Position numbers and translations under genes: made by a program
Shown: positions 48,441 through 58,260 of the stretch, piece by piece
How positions within the stretch are numbered: position 1 is the stretch's first letter
Layout of the letters: the number at the start of each line of letters is the position of its first letter
Assembly: GCA_041390465.1 (NCBI GenBank)
Contig: JAWKPW010000001.1
Span: 26,225-90,224, forward strand
From: Desulfobacterales bacterium
GTDB taxonomy: Bacteria; Desulfobacterota; Desulfobacteria; Desulfobacterales; Desulfococcaceae
Direction of reading: 5' to 3'
DNA length: 64,000 bases
The notes under the pieces: model-generated
What the model was told of the DNA's origin: nothing
The model's database searches: none
The model's input: only the letters and a program-made list of their open reading frames with translations

Positions 48441-49082
48441 TCATTCCCAGGGGGCAGCCGATATTTCCGATGCCAGTGATTTCATTGCTGCATCAAGCTG
48501 CTGCATAAATTCCCAACGGCTGCCGGACCGGTAAAGGGCTTCACCCACAGCAGCATCGCAGAAAAACGGAACCGGCAGCCATTCGCCTTTGGGCAGTGCT
48601 TTTCCAAGCCCGTGCATGAATACGGGAATCACAGGAATGTCCGGATGCTTTTCCGCAAGACGGGCAATTCCCGATTTGAAAGATGCCATGCGTTCCGGTT
48701 CTCCGCGTGTCCCTTCCGGAAAAAATATCAGAATATGGCCCTGTGCAAGGGCTTCCGAGCAGGGGGCCAGAACATCTTCCCCTTTGTCAGAAACTCTGCG
48801 TTTTATCGGGACAATCCCAATGATTTTCAGGGCAAACCATGCGAGACACCTGTTTTTCAGAAAATAGTCGCTGGCAGCAACAGGCCGGATTTTTTTCAAA
48901 AATTGCAAAGGAAACAGCGTCATCAGCACCATGGTGTCCAAATGGCTGTTGTGATTGGCAACAACAATGGAAGGCATCCCGGCCAAAAGTCTGTCCGGGT
49001 GTCTGACATTTATGCCCAGGATGATCAGAATAACCGGCCTGACAATCAGAACAAAGAACAGGTATCGGAGAAAATGATTCAT
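48441..49082 (-). CDS. plsC: 1-acyl-sn-glycerol-3-phosphate acyltransferase family (PlsC-type)
   Basis: 213 aa. H(X)4D motif 'NHNSHLD' and 'FPEGTR' motif. N-terminal TM. Confidence 0.8.
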   Translation of the reverse strand: MNHFLRYLFFVLIVRPVILIILGINVRHPDRLLAGMPSIVVANHNSHLDTMVLMTLFPLQFLKKIRPVAASDYFLKNRCLAWFALKIIGIVPIKRRVSDKGEDVLAPCSEALAQGHILIFFPEGTRGEPERMASFKSGIARLAEKHPDIPVIPVFMHGLGKALPKGEWLPVPFFCDAAVGEALYRSGSRWEFMQQLDAAMKSLASEISAAPWE

Positions 49083-49085
49083 GGT

Positions 49086-50027
49086 TCAGAAATACAAATA
49101 CCTGACAAAGTGGAGAAACAGCGGGGCAGTGCAGGTCAGACTGTCAACCCGGTCAAGAATCCCGCCGTGACCGGGCAGCATACTGCTGCTGTCTTTGATT
49201 TTCAAATCCCTTTTCAATGCGGATACAGTAATATCCCCCATGAATCCGCCAAGTCCGATGATAATGCCCGCCATAAGAGCGTGTCTGTGATTCATTGGTG
49301 TAAGATACGGGGCGGTTAAGACTGCAAGCAGGGTTGTTGTTGCCACACCGCCGATCAGACCTTCCCAGGTTTTGTTCGGACTGACCACAGGAACGACTTT
49401 GTGACGACCGAAACTTTTTCCCCAGACATACTGGGCAACATCATTGAGTTCTGTAAGGCAGACAAGATACAGCACAAGTCCGGCTCCGCCTGCCGCGGGA
49501 TTTCCCTCTTTTGGCAAAACCAGCAGGAAAGCCGCATGGCTGAGACTGAAAACCGTGGTCATCATTCCCCAGTGAAGGGTTCCGGCAGCACGCAGAAATC
49601 CATCTGTTTGGCCTTTTAATACCATCCGCATGGGAAGATACAGAAACATGTAGACCGGAATGAAAATGATGAACATGCCGTACCATTCCGTATATACCCA
49701 CCAGTACTGAACCGGAATGGCAAGATAAGCCCAGAACAGAACCCGGCGATCCGCTCTCCGGGTCGGGATCAGGGACAGGTATTCCTTGAGCGCCAGAAAG
49801 GAAATAAAGGCAAAGAAAGCCAGTGCCATTCCTTTGCTCAGGACAAGAACGCCCGCAAACAGGGCCGTAATCAGCCACCATGTCCGTATCCGGCTGTCCA
49901 GTTCCCGGTAATTCCGATCCGGATGTGATTTTTTCAAAACAATGACAGCGATGGTGGCAATCACCAGAACACCAATGATGACAGTCACAGCATATTGCAC
50001 ATTTGGCGGAGGAGGCTGCCATTTCAT
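49086..50027 (-). CDS. cdsA: Phosphatidate cytidylyltransferase (CDP-diacylglycerol synthase)
   Basis: 313 aa, multi-TM. C-terminal signature 'KRDLKIKDSSSMLPGHGGILDRVDSL'. Confidence 0.85.
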   Translation of the reverse strand: MKWQPPPPNVQYAVTVIIGVLVIATIAVIVLKKSHPDRNYRELDSRIRTWWLITALFAGVLVLSKGMALAFFAFISFLALKEYLSLIPTRRADRRVLFWAYLAIPVQYWWVYTEWYGMFIIFIPVYMFLYLPMRMVLKGQTDGFLRAAGTLHWGMMTTVFSLSHAAFLLVLPKEGNPAAGGAGLVLYLVCLTELNDVAQYVWGKSFGRHKVVPVVSPNKTWEGLIGGVATTTLLAVLTAPYLTPMNHRHALMAGIIIGLGGFMGDITVSALKRDLKIKDSSSMLPGHGGILDRVDSLTCTAPLFLHFVRYLYF

Positions 50028-50659
50028 GATCCGATCTCCTTCAGTGCCTGACGCGCCCGGTTGACAGTCGTCAGCACGGACAGCAGCAGTACGATGAACA
50101 GAACCGCATTCAGCCAGAAACCCGCAGGAACACCCATTGCCACAAGCAGGGCGATCACGCCGAATACAAAAGCACGGTCACTTTTGCCCATGGGACCGTC
50201 ATAGCCTCGGCCTGCCCCGATCATCACAGCGATCACACCGGTCATTTCACTGATAATTGCCGCTATGACCAGCAATGTCACCAGACAGGGTGAAAAGCCC
50301 GGAATCAGAGCAAAGGGAAGATACAGCACCGTATCGGAAACCACATCGCCCAGTTCATTTAAAATGGCGCCCAAAGGCGTTTTCATCTGATGTTCACGGG
50401 CAAGCATTCCGTCAATAGCATTCAAAGCCATACGGACAAAGAGCACAGCCGGAATCAGAAACAAGATTTGCCTTATCCTGCCAAAAGTCAATACAGTCAT
50501 TCCGGCAAAAAACGAAAGCAGAAGAGCGGAAAGCGTTATATGATTTGGGCGTATGCTGTTTTTTGCCATCCAAAGGCATACAGGGCGAAGGAAATTCTGA
50601 AACAGGGGCTTCAGATCATAGATTGTCATAATTTTTTCACCTTTTGCCGGAACCGTCAT
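50024..50659 (-). CDS. CDP-alcohol phosphatidyltransferase family enzyme (PgsA/PIS-like; head-group specificity unknown)
   Basis: 'NHITLSALLLSFFAG...DGMLAREHQMKTPLGAILNELGDVVSD' CDP-OH_P_transf signature (variant: N for the first Asp of the D-x3-D pair). Start ATG at 50659 overlaps the stop of the upstream gene (ATGA). Its own stop overlaps the cdsA start. Confidence 0.75.
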   Translation of the reverse strand: MTVPAKGEKIMTIYDLKPLFQNFLRPVCLWMAKNSIRPNHITLSALLLSFFAGMTVLTFGRIRQILFLIPAVLFVRMALNAIDGMLAREHQMKTPLGAILNELGDVVSDTVLYLPFALIPGFSPCLVTLLVIAAIISEMTGVIAVMIGAGRGYDGPMGKSDRAFVFGVIALLVAMGVPAGFWLNAVLFIVLLLSVLTTVNRARQALKEIGS

Positions 50660-52059
50660 TTTCTTAACCGGCAAAAAAATTCCCCCTCCACAGTGCTTCC
50701 CTTCCGAATGACAGCCTGACGATCAGACAGGTTCCGGATATGCACATCTCCCAAGAGTTTCACACCGGCCTCAAAATGCACATCCCCTTCAATGGCAAGG
50801 GATTCACATTCTGCCAGAGAGGGAACCCCATCGGGAAAACGGGCGTCAAAGTCATCAATTTTTCCGTAATAACGATCATCCAGAGTGATTTTCAGGGTAT
50901 CGGATCTCCGGTGGGGATTGAGAATCAGGTTTCTTTTTTCTGTGAAAAGAAAATAATCCGAGCGCACCAGCAGCAGATCACTGCATTTTTTGACCGGAAA
51001 AAAGCGGGTGCGGGGAACACAGACTGCGCCTGCGCCTGCAAAAAGGGAAATGGCCGCGCCCATGGCACTTTCCACCTGAAACACGGTAGGACTTTCCCTG
51101 TCTCTGGGATCAAGGGATTTGGGATTGAGAATCATGGGCAGACGGACAGTCTTTTCCTTTTGGATCAGATTTTTCAGAAAATTCAGATTGACCCACAGAT
51201 TGTTGGTATTGAAGAAATGATAACGCTCAATATCCCGGAAGGCATCCAGTTCCTCTTCCGGACACTGGGCAGATTCCCGCAGCAGCAGGTATCCGTTCCT
51301 GTGCCGTGCCAGATGACCGCCCTTGACATCAGCCGGGGTTCTCTGTGCGACTTCCATCATAAAGGGGAAATTCCTTTCTGCAAAATACCCCAGCAGAGCC
51401 ATATCCGTTGTTGCGCCCAGATTGTCGGAATTGGAAATAAAGGCATGGCAGATGCCCTTTGCCAGCAGTTGATCCAGAAGTCCCGAAGTGCTCAAAGCCG
51501 TGTAAATATCCCCGTGGCCGGGCGGATTCCATTCCAGAGAGGGATCAGCAGGCCAGAGAGCCGGGGCAAGGTTTTCCCGCAGAATTTTGGGGAATTTGTG
51601 CTGCAGAAAACAGACAGGCATTTGGGCAGGCCGGATTTTTTCCAGTGCGGACAGAGTCTCGGCATGGGTGCTGAAGCTGTTCATCAGGGCCAGTTCCATG
51701 CGATATTCCGAAGACTGAAGCAGCAGAATTTCCAGAAAAGACAGGCCGTTTCTTACTTCCAGCAGGGATTTGGGGCCGGTCAGGCCCATACTCGTTCCCA
51801 GACCTCCGTTGAGAATGATGCGCACAGCATGGGGAAGATATTTCTCCCCTTTTTCCGCATACCCTGACAGTTCTTCCATATGCGCAATATCCTCAGGACG
51901 CACCGGGAATATCTCCCTGTCAGAAATCAGACCGCTTTCGCCGCTGACAATTTTTTTGTAATAATGGGAAAATGTTTCCGTCACAATGTCCGGAAGTCCT
52001 TCTTTTTCCATTTTTGAAACAAATGCCCGCAGGTATTTCGGTGGTTCCGGCTGTGCCAT
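50656..52059 (-). CDS. UDPGP-family nucleotide-sugar pyrophosphorylase (UTP--glucose-1-phosphate uridylyltransferase / UDP-GlcNAc pyrophosphorylase type)
   Basis: 467 aa. 'VRIILNGGLGTSMGLTGPKSLLEV' nucleotide-binding loop characteristic of the eukaryotic-type UGPase/UAP family, plus a C-terminal left-handed helix region. Confidence 0.8.
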   Translation of the reverse strand: MAQPEPPKYLRAFVSKMEKEGLPDIVTETFSHYYKKIVSGESGLISDREIFPVRPEDIAHMEELSGYAEKGEKYLPHAVRIILNGGLGTSMGLTGPKSLLEVRNGLSFLEILLLQSSEYRMELALMNSFSTHAETLSALEKIRPAQMPVCFLQHKFPKILRENLAPALWPADPSLEWNPPGHGDIYTALSTSGLLDQLLAKGICHAFISNSDNLGATTDMALLGYFAERNFPFMMEVAQRTPADVKGGHLARHRNGYLLLRESAQCPEEELDAFRDIERYHFFNTNNLWVNLNFLKNLIQKEKTVRLPMILNPKSLDPRDRESPTVFQVESAMGAAISLFAGAGAVCVPRTRFFPVKKCSDLLLVRSDYFLFTEKRNLILNPHRRSDTLKITLDDRYYGKIDDFDARFPDGVPSLAECESLAIEGDVHFEAGVKLLGDVHIRNLSDRQAVIRKGSTVEGEFFCRLRK

Positions 52060-52216
52060 CTTTTCTCCTTTCCGGATATGATGTTAAGGACAGTGTTGTG
52101 CCAAGTTTGACTTTGTGATTTCATCTGTGCACAATAATCTGATTTGTTTGGGAAGAATCAGATTGTTTTTTGCAGATCGAAGATTCAAAACTGACAAAGC
52201 AGCGGGAATGAATATG

Positions 52217-52249
52217 AAAAAACCAGGTTTGACAGCACCTGGTTTTTTT
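52217..52249. terminator. Bidirectional rho-independent terminator (AAAAAACCAGGT-TTGACAGC-ACCTGGTTTTTTT) after ilvE
   Basis: 8-bp GC-containing stem flanked by an A-run and a T-run, 8 nt downstream of the ilvE stop. Confidence 0.6.
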
Positions 52250-52256
52250 GATTCCA

Positions 52257-53321
52257 TCAGCAGACTTTTTCAATCCATCCCAGAGGATCTTCTGATCTTC
52301 CGTACTGAATGTCGGTCAGAGCCTGATAGAATTTCAGGGTCATGGGGCCGACTTCGTTGTTGCCGATGGTGACCACATCTTCATTGAATTTGATGGTTCC
52401 CACCGGAGAAATGACCGCAGCCGTTCCGCTGCCGAAAATTTCCACTTTTCTTCCGGATTTCTGGGCATCAATCACCTCATGGATGGAGATGCGCCGCTCT
52501 GTGCAGGGAATATTCCAGAGCCGGGCCAGGGCAATGACGGAATCACGGGTTACGCCCGGAAGAATGCTGCCGTTGAGAACCGGCGTGATGAGTTCGCCGT
52601 CAATGACAAAAAAGATGTTCATGGAACCCACTTCTTCCACATACTGCTGCTCCACGCCGTCAAGCCACAGCACCTGGGTGAATCCCTGCTCATGCGCTTT
52701 TTCAGCAGCATACAGACTGGCCGCATAATTGCCCGGAGTTTTGGCTTCTCCGATGCCGCCGCGCACCGCGCGCACATGGCGTTTTGTCACCCAGATTTTG
52801 ACCGGATTGAATCCTTCCGCGTAATAGGCGCCGACCGGAGAGAGAATGATAAAAAAGCGGTAGGTATGAGCCGCGCGCACGCCCAGAAAGACATCTGTGG
52901 CAATGATGGTGGGCCGGATGTACAGAGAGGTGCCCGGGGCCGATGGAACCCAGTCTTTTTCCACTTTGATGAGTTCTTTGAGCGCGTGCAGGGCAAAATG
53001 CTCGTCAATGGCCGGAATGCACAGCAGCCGGTTGGATGTGTTGGCTCTGTGAAAATTGACCTGGGGCCGGAAAAGCTGAATTTCGCCTTTGGGTGTCCGG
53101 TATGCCTTGAGCCCTTCAAAAATGGCCTGCCCGTAGTGCAGCACCATGGTGGCAGGATCCATGGTGAAAGGGGCATAGGGTTCAATGCGCGGATTGTGCC
53201 AGCCCTTTTCCACGCTGTAATCCATATTGAACATATGGTCTGTAAAAATTTTGCCAAAACCCAGTTTGCTTTCATCGGGTTTGGGTTTCAACTGCTGGGC
53301 TTTTCTGATGGTGATTTCCAT
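52257..53321 (-). CDS. ilvE: Branched-chain amino acid aminotransferase (type II BCAT)
   Basis: 354 aa from 'MEITIRKAQQLKPKPDESKLGFGKIFTDHMF', the characteristic BCAT-II N-terminus; fold-type IV core. Confidence 0.9.
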   Translation of the reverse strand: MEITIRKAQQLKPKPDESKLGFGKIFTDHMFNMDYSVEKGWHNPRIEPYAPFTMDPATMVLHYGQAIFEGLKAYRTPKGEIQLFRPQVNFHRANTSNRLLCIPAIDEHFALHALKELIKVEKDWVPSAPGTSLYIRPTIIATDVFLGVRAAHTYRFFIILSPVGAYYAEGFNPVKIWVTKRHVRAVRGGIGEAKTPGNYAASLYAAEKAHEQGFTQVLWLDGVEQQYVEEVGSMNIFFVIDGELITPVLNGSILPGVTRDSVIALARLWNIPCTERRISIHEVIDAQKSGRKVEIFGSGTAAVISPVGTIKFNEDVVTIGNNEVGPMTLKFYQALTDIQYGRSEDPLGWIEKVC

Positions 53322-53588
53322 GAAAGAATCTCCTCCTTGCTGTTTCACATCGAAATTTTTTGCATTGGCTTCTTTCCGATTTCTGTGTCCGTCCGTTTGC
53401 AGGTGTCCGGCTGCAGGGGCATCCTTTCCACATTATCGGCAACGAAAAACTATAGCAGGTTTATTTCTGAAATCAAGTATTATGTGCAAAGGTTCCGGGC
53501 ATGAGATGATGGAAAGTATGATTTTTTTCCGATGCCGGAAAGATTTTGGGACAGATTGCTTTTGGCACAGCCTCAGACAGATGCGGCT

Positions 53589-54458
53589 TCATTTCCCCTG
53601 CAGTGTGACAAGAAGGGTTCCGGCAAACATGAGAACCGCACCGCTGAGACGGAAACTTGTGTTCTCCTCCTTAAACAGGAAACGGCCATACAGAACACTG
53701 ATGACCACGCTGAGACGTTTGACGGAAATCATGTACGCGGCCTGAACCAGGGAAATGGCCCAGCCGTGAAACAGGCCGTGCAGAAAGAGCAGAACCCCTG
53801 CTGCCAGACCTTTTGCTGCATCGTTCCGGAATGCTGTCAGCCGGATTCTTCCGCTCATGCGGAAAAACAGAATCATGAGAAGGTTGAAGACCATGTAGAA
53901 GAGCATGGTAAAAAACAGGGGAGAGGAATTCAGAATGGCTTTTTTGCCGATGACCGAGGTGAGACTGTAAACAAATGCAACAAAGAGCATGATTCGCGAT
54001 CCTTTTTCCCGGAAAAGCGACTGCAGGGGCGCAAGGAGATGCCAATGACCGGGATCGATATGGAGAACATATCCGCCCGCGCAGATGAGCACAATGCCGC
54101 AAAAGCCTCCGATGCCCGGAATTTCATCCAGAAACAGATAGCCGCTCAGCACCACAAAAACCGGTGTGAAAGCCAGACAGGGAATGGCCAGAGAAAGAGG
54201 CGATATTTTTATGGCCTTCATATATAAAACAAAGGTGAAACCATTGAGGGGAATGCTGATGAGAAAACTCCACAGAAAATCCGGGCCGATGGGGGGTACC
54301 GGAACCAGAAGGGCGCTCAGGGTGAAAAGCGGGAGACTGTACATCAGGGGATAAACAGACATCTCGACAGGCGAGAGACCGGAAAAGAATTTCCTGATGC
54401 ACGCGTCCTGGGAGGAAACCGCCACTGCTGTGAGCAGGGACAAAATCAGCCATTGCAT
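53589..54458 (-). CDS. EamA-family (DMT superfamily) transporter
   Basis: 289 aa, 10 predicted TM helices in two EamA repeats. Confidence 0.75.
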   Translation of the reverse strand: MQWLILSLLTAVAVSSQDACIRKFFSGLSPVEMSVYPLMYSLPLFTLSALLVPVPPIGPDFLWSFLISIPLNGFTFVLYMKAIKISPLSLAIPCLAFTPVFVVLSGYLFLDEIPGIGGFCGIVLICAGGYVLHIDPGHWHLLAPLQSLFREKGSRIMLFVAFVYSLTSVIGKKAILNSSPLFFTMLFYMVFNLLMILFFRMSGRIRLTAFRNDAAKGLAAGVLLFLHGLFHGWAISLVQAAYMISVKRLSVVISVLYGRFLFKEENTSFRLSGAVLMFAGTLLVTLQGK

Positions 54459-54654
54459 GGAAAGAGATTTCTCAGGGGCATATCAGAAAATTCCCGCAGT
54501 CCGGTCCGGCTCCGATCGGCATGACGATCCGGCACCATATCAGGCCGTAACAGAAAATCTGAAAAATAACAGCACATGGATACTTCCCGAAACTTTGTGT
54601 TTTTGCCTCGTCGCTGCAGACCAATGCATAAACATGTTGAATTTTGCAAAATCA

Positions 54655-54687
54655 AAAACTGAATTTTTTCAAAAAATTCAGTTTTTT
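54655..54687. terminator. Perfect AT-flanked palindrome (AAAAACTGAATTTTTT C AAAAAATTCAGTTTTT)
   Basis: Same architecture as the 46225/46417/55688 palindromes; lies in the divergent intergenic region between the EamA and NUDIX genes. Confidence 0.35.
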
Positions 54688-55107
54688 CATTCCCTGTTTC
54701 ATCCTGTAAAAACTGAATTGGTCAGGTACTGAAAGCAGCCGGAATGCGAAATTGGTTTTGCTGAAATCTTTTTCAGATTTCATGTTATTTCTCCAAAAAG
54801 ACGGTCGCAGCATACCGGGTTCCCCCTGTGCTGCCTGCACAGAAATTTTGCAATGCGTAACATGTATGCAGAAAGATGTCAAGATTGGCCGGAGGCATGG
54901 GACAGGATTTGCACACTGTCTTGAATTTGCTTTTTTTTCACAGTTCCCTTTCAGAAAACCTGCCGGAGCCGCGTCCGGATCACCTCATGGGGCAGTGTTT
55001 TCCCAATACGGTACAAAGGCCGGAGGAAAAAAGCTGCTTTCTTTTGCACAGACCTTGTGGTAAAAGTCCGGCAGAAAACACAACAGGATTGCTTCAGGGA
55101 GAAGAAA

Positions 55108-55656
55108 ATGTCTGTCATCGTAAACCGCAGTGAGGAAATTTATAGGGGGCGGGTTTTTCACATGATCCGGGAGAACATCACCCTTGACAATGGTGTAAGC
55201 GTGAACATTGACACCATCCGGCACCCCGGCGCATCGGCCATTGTGCCTGTGCAGAGCAATGGAAATCTGATTCTCATCCGCCAGTACCGGCATTCGGTCC
55301 GAGGATATATCTGGGAAATTCCTGCTGGAACCCTGGGCCCGGGTGAGGAGCCCCTGGCATGTGCAAAAAGAGAACTCATTGAAGAAACCGGATTTTCCGC
55401 ACAAACCTGGGAAAAACTGGGGGAAATCGTTCCGGTTCCCGGTTATTCGGACGAGCGGATTCATATCTTCAAAGCCCAAGACCTGATCCCGGCTGTGCAG
55501 AACATGGACGAGGATGAGGTGCTGGACGTGCATGAAATCCCCCCGGGGCAGGTGCTGCGCATGGCCGGTGAGGGGGAAATTCAGGACAGCAAAAGCCTTT
55601 CTGCCCTGTTTCTGCTGCTGGCAAGGATGAACCGTATTGCCCAAGGTGATTTCTGA
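55108..55656 (+). CDS. NUDIX hydrolase (ADP-ribose pyrophosphatase-like)
   Basis: 182 aa. Nudix box 'GTLGPGEEPLACAKRELIEETGF'. RBS GGGAGAAG. Confidence 0.85.
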   Translation: MSVIVNRSEEIYRGRVFHMIRENITLDNGVSVNIDTIRHPGASAIVPVQSNGNLILIRQYRHSVRGYIWEIPAGTLGPGEEPLACAKRELIEETGFSAQTWEKLGEIVPVPGYSDERIHIFKAQDLIPAVQNMDEDEVLDVHEIPPGQVLRMAGEGEIQDSKSLSALFLLLARMNRIAQGDF

Positions 55657-55687
55657 AAATGAATATTCCTGTTCAGCCATCTGAAAG

Positions 55688-55716
55688 ATTTGACAATTTT
55701 TGAAAAATTGTCAAAT
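55688..55716. terminator. Convergent bidirectional terminator / perfect palindrome ATTTGACAATTTTT-GA-AAAATTGTCAAAT
   Basis: 14-bp perfect arms between the NUDIX gene (+) and the AI-2E transporter gene (-). Confidence 0.45.
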
Positions 55717-55744
55717 CCGGGGGATGTTCTTTTCCGGAAATCGC

Positions 55745-56842
55745 CTAACCGCTTTGCTTTGTTTTTCTGTCTTCTTCGGCAGACTGCCCCGATGCCTTCT
55801 GCCATGCCTTGATGACCGCATGGAAGAGTGTGGCAAGGGGAATGGCAAAGAAAAGACCCCACAGTCCCCAGAGACCGCCAAAGAGAAGCACAGCCACGAT
55901 AATGGCCACCGGATGGATATTCACCACACCGGACAGCAGCAGGGGAACGAGCAGATTGCCGTCCAAAGCCTGAATGATGGAAATGGCAATCATCACATAG
56001 GCAAACTGCGCGCCCCATCCCCATTCAAAAAACGCGATCAGTCCCACAGGCAGAAACATGACGGTCGCGCCGATATAGGGAATCAGCACCGACAGTCCCA
56101 CAAAAAAGGACAGGAGCATGGCAAAGGGGACAGAAAGCAGCGCAAAAGTGACATAGGTGACTGCCCAGACAATGATGATTTCCCATATCTTTCCCCGGAC
56201 ATAATTTCCAATCTGCAGATTGACCTCCTGCCAGACCTCGGTTGTCAGGCTGCGATCCGAAGGCAGAAAACTTTTGAACCAGTCCAGGATCAGTTTTTTG
56301 TCTTTGAGGAAAAAGAAAACCATGAGCGGAACCAGAATCGAATAGACCAGAAATGTGATGATTCCCCGTACCGAACTCAGGGAGATGGAAACAGCATACT
56401 GGCCCATACGGGTAAGTTCTGTGGTAAGATAGCCCATAATCTGACGGATTTGAGCTTTCGAGATGAATTCCGGATAGCGTTCCGGAAGGAGCATCAGTTC
56501 TTTCTGGCCTTTGGACACCATGGCAGGCAGATCCTGCAGCAACTCGACAATCTGCCGCGACAGCATGGGGAGCAGCCAGATAATCATAATCAGAACAGAG
56601 GTCAGGAAGAGAATGAATACCAGCAGCACGGCGGCCAGCCGCGGCATCTTCTGTTTTTCCAGATAGATTACCGTGCCTTCCAGCAGATAGGCAATGATAA
56701 TGCTGATAAACACCGGGGTCAGCATATCCCCCAGCGTGAAGATCAGGATAAAACCCGCAAGAAGCAGAAAAGCGAGGATCACGACCTGGGGATCGGAAAA
56801 ATAACGTCTGAACCATGTCCGGAAAATGTCAATCATAGACAA
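55745..56842 (-). CDS. AI-2E family transporter (PerM/YhhT-like, UPF0118)
   Basis: 365 aa, 8 TM helices with the family topology. Confidence 0.8.
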   Translation of the reverse strand: MSMIDIFRTWFRRYFSDPQVVILAFLLLAGFILIFTLGDMLTPVFISIIIAYLLEGTVIYLEKQKMPRLAAVLLVFILFLTSVLIMIIWLLPMLSRQIVELLQDLPAMVSKGQKELMLLPERYPEFISKAQIRQIMGYLTTELTRMGQYAVSISLSSVRGIITFLVYSILVPLMVFFFLKDKKLILDWFKSFLPSDRSLTTEVWQEVNLQIGNYVRGKIWEIIIVWAVTYVTFALLSVPFAMLLSFFVGLSVLIPYIGATVMFLPVGLIAFFEWGWGAQFAYVMIAISIIQALDGNLLVPLLLSGVVNIHPVAIIVAVLLFGGLWGLWGLFFAIPLATLFHAVIKAWQKASGQSAEEDRKTKQSG

Positions 56843-56882
56843 CTCTCTTAAAAACAGGAGATTTCATTCACCACTTATGCTC

Positions 56883-57626
56883 TCAGTCGCCCTTCATGGG
56901 AAAGAAAACATGCCGCATCCACCCAAGAAGCGTATTTCCCTCCAGCACTTCCCTGTCCCAGCGGTCAAATTCTCCGGACAGTTTCACCGGATCAGAGAGC
57001 CACTGGGATCGTTTGACCATTTTTTCATTGGGATCAAGCTGTTTTACCACACGAGCGGGATTTCCGGCTGCCACACTGTCGGCCGGAACGGATTTTGTCA
57101 CCACAGAACCTGCACCGACAATGCTGTTGTCTCCGATTTCCACGCCTTTGCACACAATGGCCTGATCCCCGATCCAGACATTTTCTCCAATGTGCACCGG
57201 TTCCGCTGTTCCCATGGAAACCCGGTTGTAAATGCCGTGCCAGTCCGAATCTGTGATATAGGCTCCGCTGGCAATCATGCAGTTGTCACCGATGCGGACT
57301 TCCCTTGCCGCGCCAATGCGCACACCCGGACAGATCAGGCAGTAGTTTCCCACCCGGATAACACCGCTCTCATTGAGTTCTGACCACACGGCAAAACGCA
57401 CCTTCCGATCCGGAGCAGCAATCACCGTGGCATAACTGCCCAGTTCCACAGAGGCCCCGAAAACCTCCACATGCCAAGGTTTCATAAACACAGCCCCTTT
57501 TCCCAGATGATCAAACTGGGGCCGAAGGAAATGGCGGACATAGAATTTTTCAAATTTCCGGTACAGTTTTTTCACAAAATAGGGCCGGTGATCTCTGCGC
57601 AAAATTCCTCCTGAAGCCTCAATCAC
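56883..57626 (-). CDS. Left-handed beta-helix (hexapeptide-repeat) acetyltransferase
   Basis: 247 aa. Repeated '[LIV]G.N..I' hexapeptides ('IGDNCMIASGAYITDSDWHGIY...IGENVWIGDQAIVCKGVEIGDNSIVGAGSVV'). Confidence 0.8.
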   Translation of the reverse strand: MIEASGGILRRDHRPYFVKKLYRKFEKFYVRHFLRPQFDHLGKGAVFMKPWHVEVFGASVELGSYATVIAAPDRKVRFAVWSELNESGVIRVGNYCLICPGVRIGAAREVRIGDNCMIASGAYITDSDWHGIYNRVSMGTAEPVHIGENVWIGDQAIVCKGVEIGDNSIVGAGSVVTKSVPADSVAAGNPARVVKQLDPNEKMVKRSQWLSDPVKLSGEFDRWDREVLEGNTLLGWMRHVFFPMKGD

Positions 57627-57787
57627 ATTTTTTACACTTTTTCTCAGAAAGGATTTGATATTTTCAAACCGCTGACTTTCATACCATCAGACATAATACC
57701 GAATCGCCATTGGTTTGATCCTGTCTCCAACGGTATAAGATTTTTGCAACTTTTGGAAAGTTGTCAAATCTGAGCAGAGCAGATCAA

Positions 57788-57950
57788 TGGAGAATCAGTA
57801 TCATACCGATTCTCCTTTGAAATTTTAACCATTAAGGACACAAAGAAGGCACAAAGGACACAAAAAACGGACAGCACCGTGCAACATCTGCGGAGAATCG
57901 GCTTTGCCTTCTGAAACGTATGGTTTCAACAGAGAATTGCTATAAGCAGT
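57788..57950. repeat. Composite dispersed repeat (B-like palindrome GGAGAATCAGTATCATACCGATTCTCC, module C reversed, module A)
   Basis: 57835-57866 'GGACACAAAGAAGGCACAAAGGACACAAAAAA' is the reverse complement of the TTTGTGTCCTTTGTGCC module. 57887-57949 matches 29022-29068 in reverse at ~85%. Confidence 0.65.
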
Positions 57951-58260
57951 CAGCCGGAAAAAGAGGTGTGAGACGGTATTTTTCTGGCTGGCTGAGTGAT
58001 TTTTTGGCCGCATAAGCATCTTAAATAATCACAAAAGATTATTCTGAGATTTGCAATTCATCCCACGAATCCGGGTATTCATCCTCTTTTCCGGTTATCT
58101 CAACAAAAACGCAGCCATACTCTGTTTTAATTTCCACCGTTCCCACTGATCCAGTTCCGTTTCCCCAAATCGCTTTGATAAAGAGAAAAACAATTTGTAA
58201 TCACTGTCAGAAAATCCCTGCTGAGCCATTATGGAAATCCTTTGCTGCAACGCTCCGTCA

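Noticed and set aside
50740-51867. 375-aa plus-strand ORF
   Set aside because: Antisense to the UDPGP-family gene, which has the diagnostic LNGGLGTSMG loop on the minus strand.
52479-53504. 341-aa plus-strand ORF
   Set aside because: Antisense to ilvE; no motifs.
55700-56851. 383-aa plus-strand ORF rich in His/Gln/Arg
   Set aside because: Antisense to the AI-2E transporter gene; compositionally biased shadow ORF.
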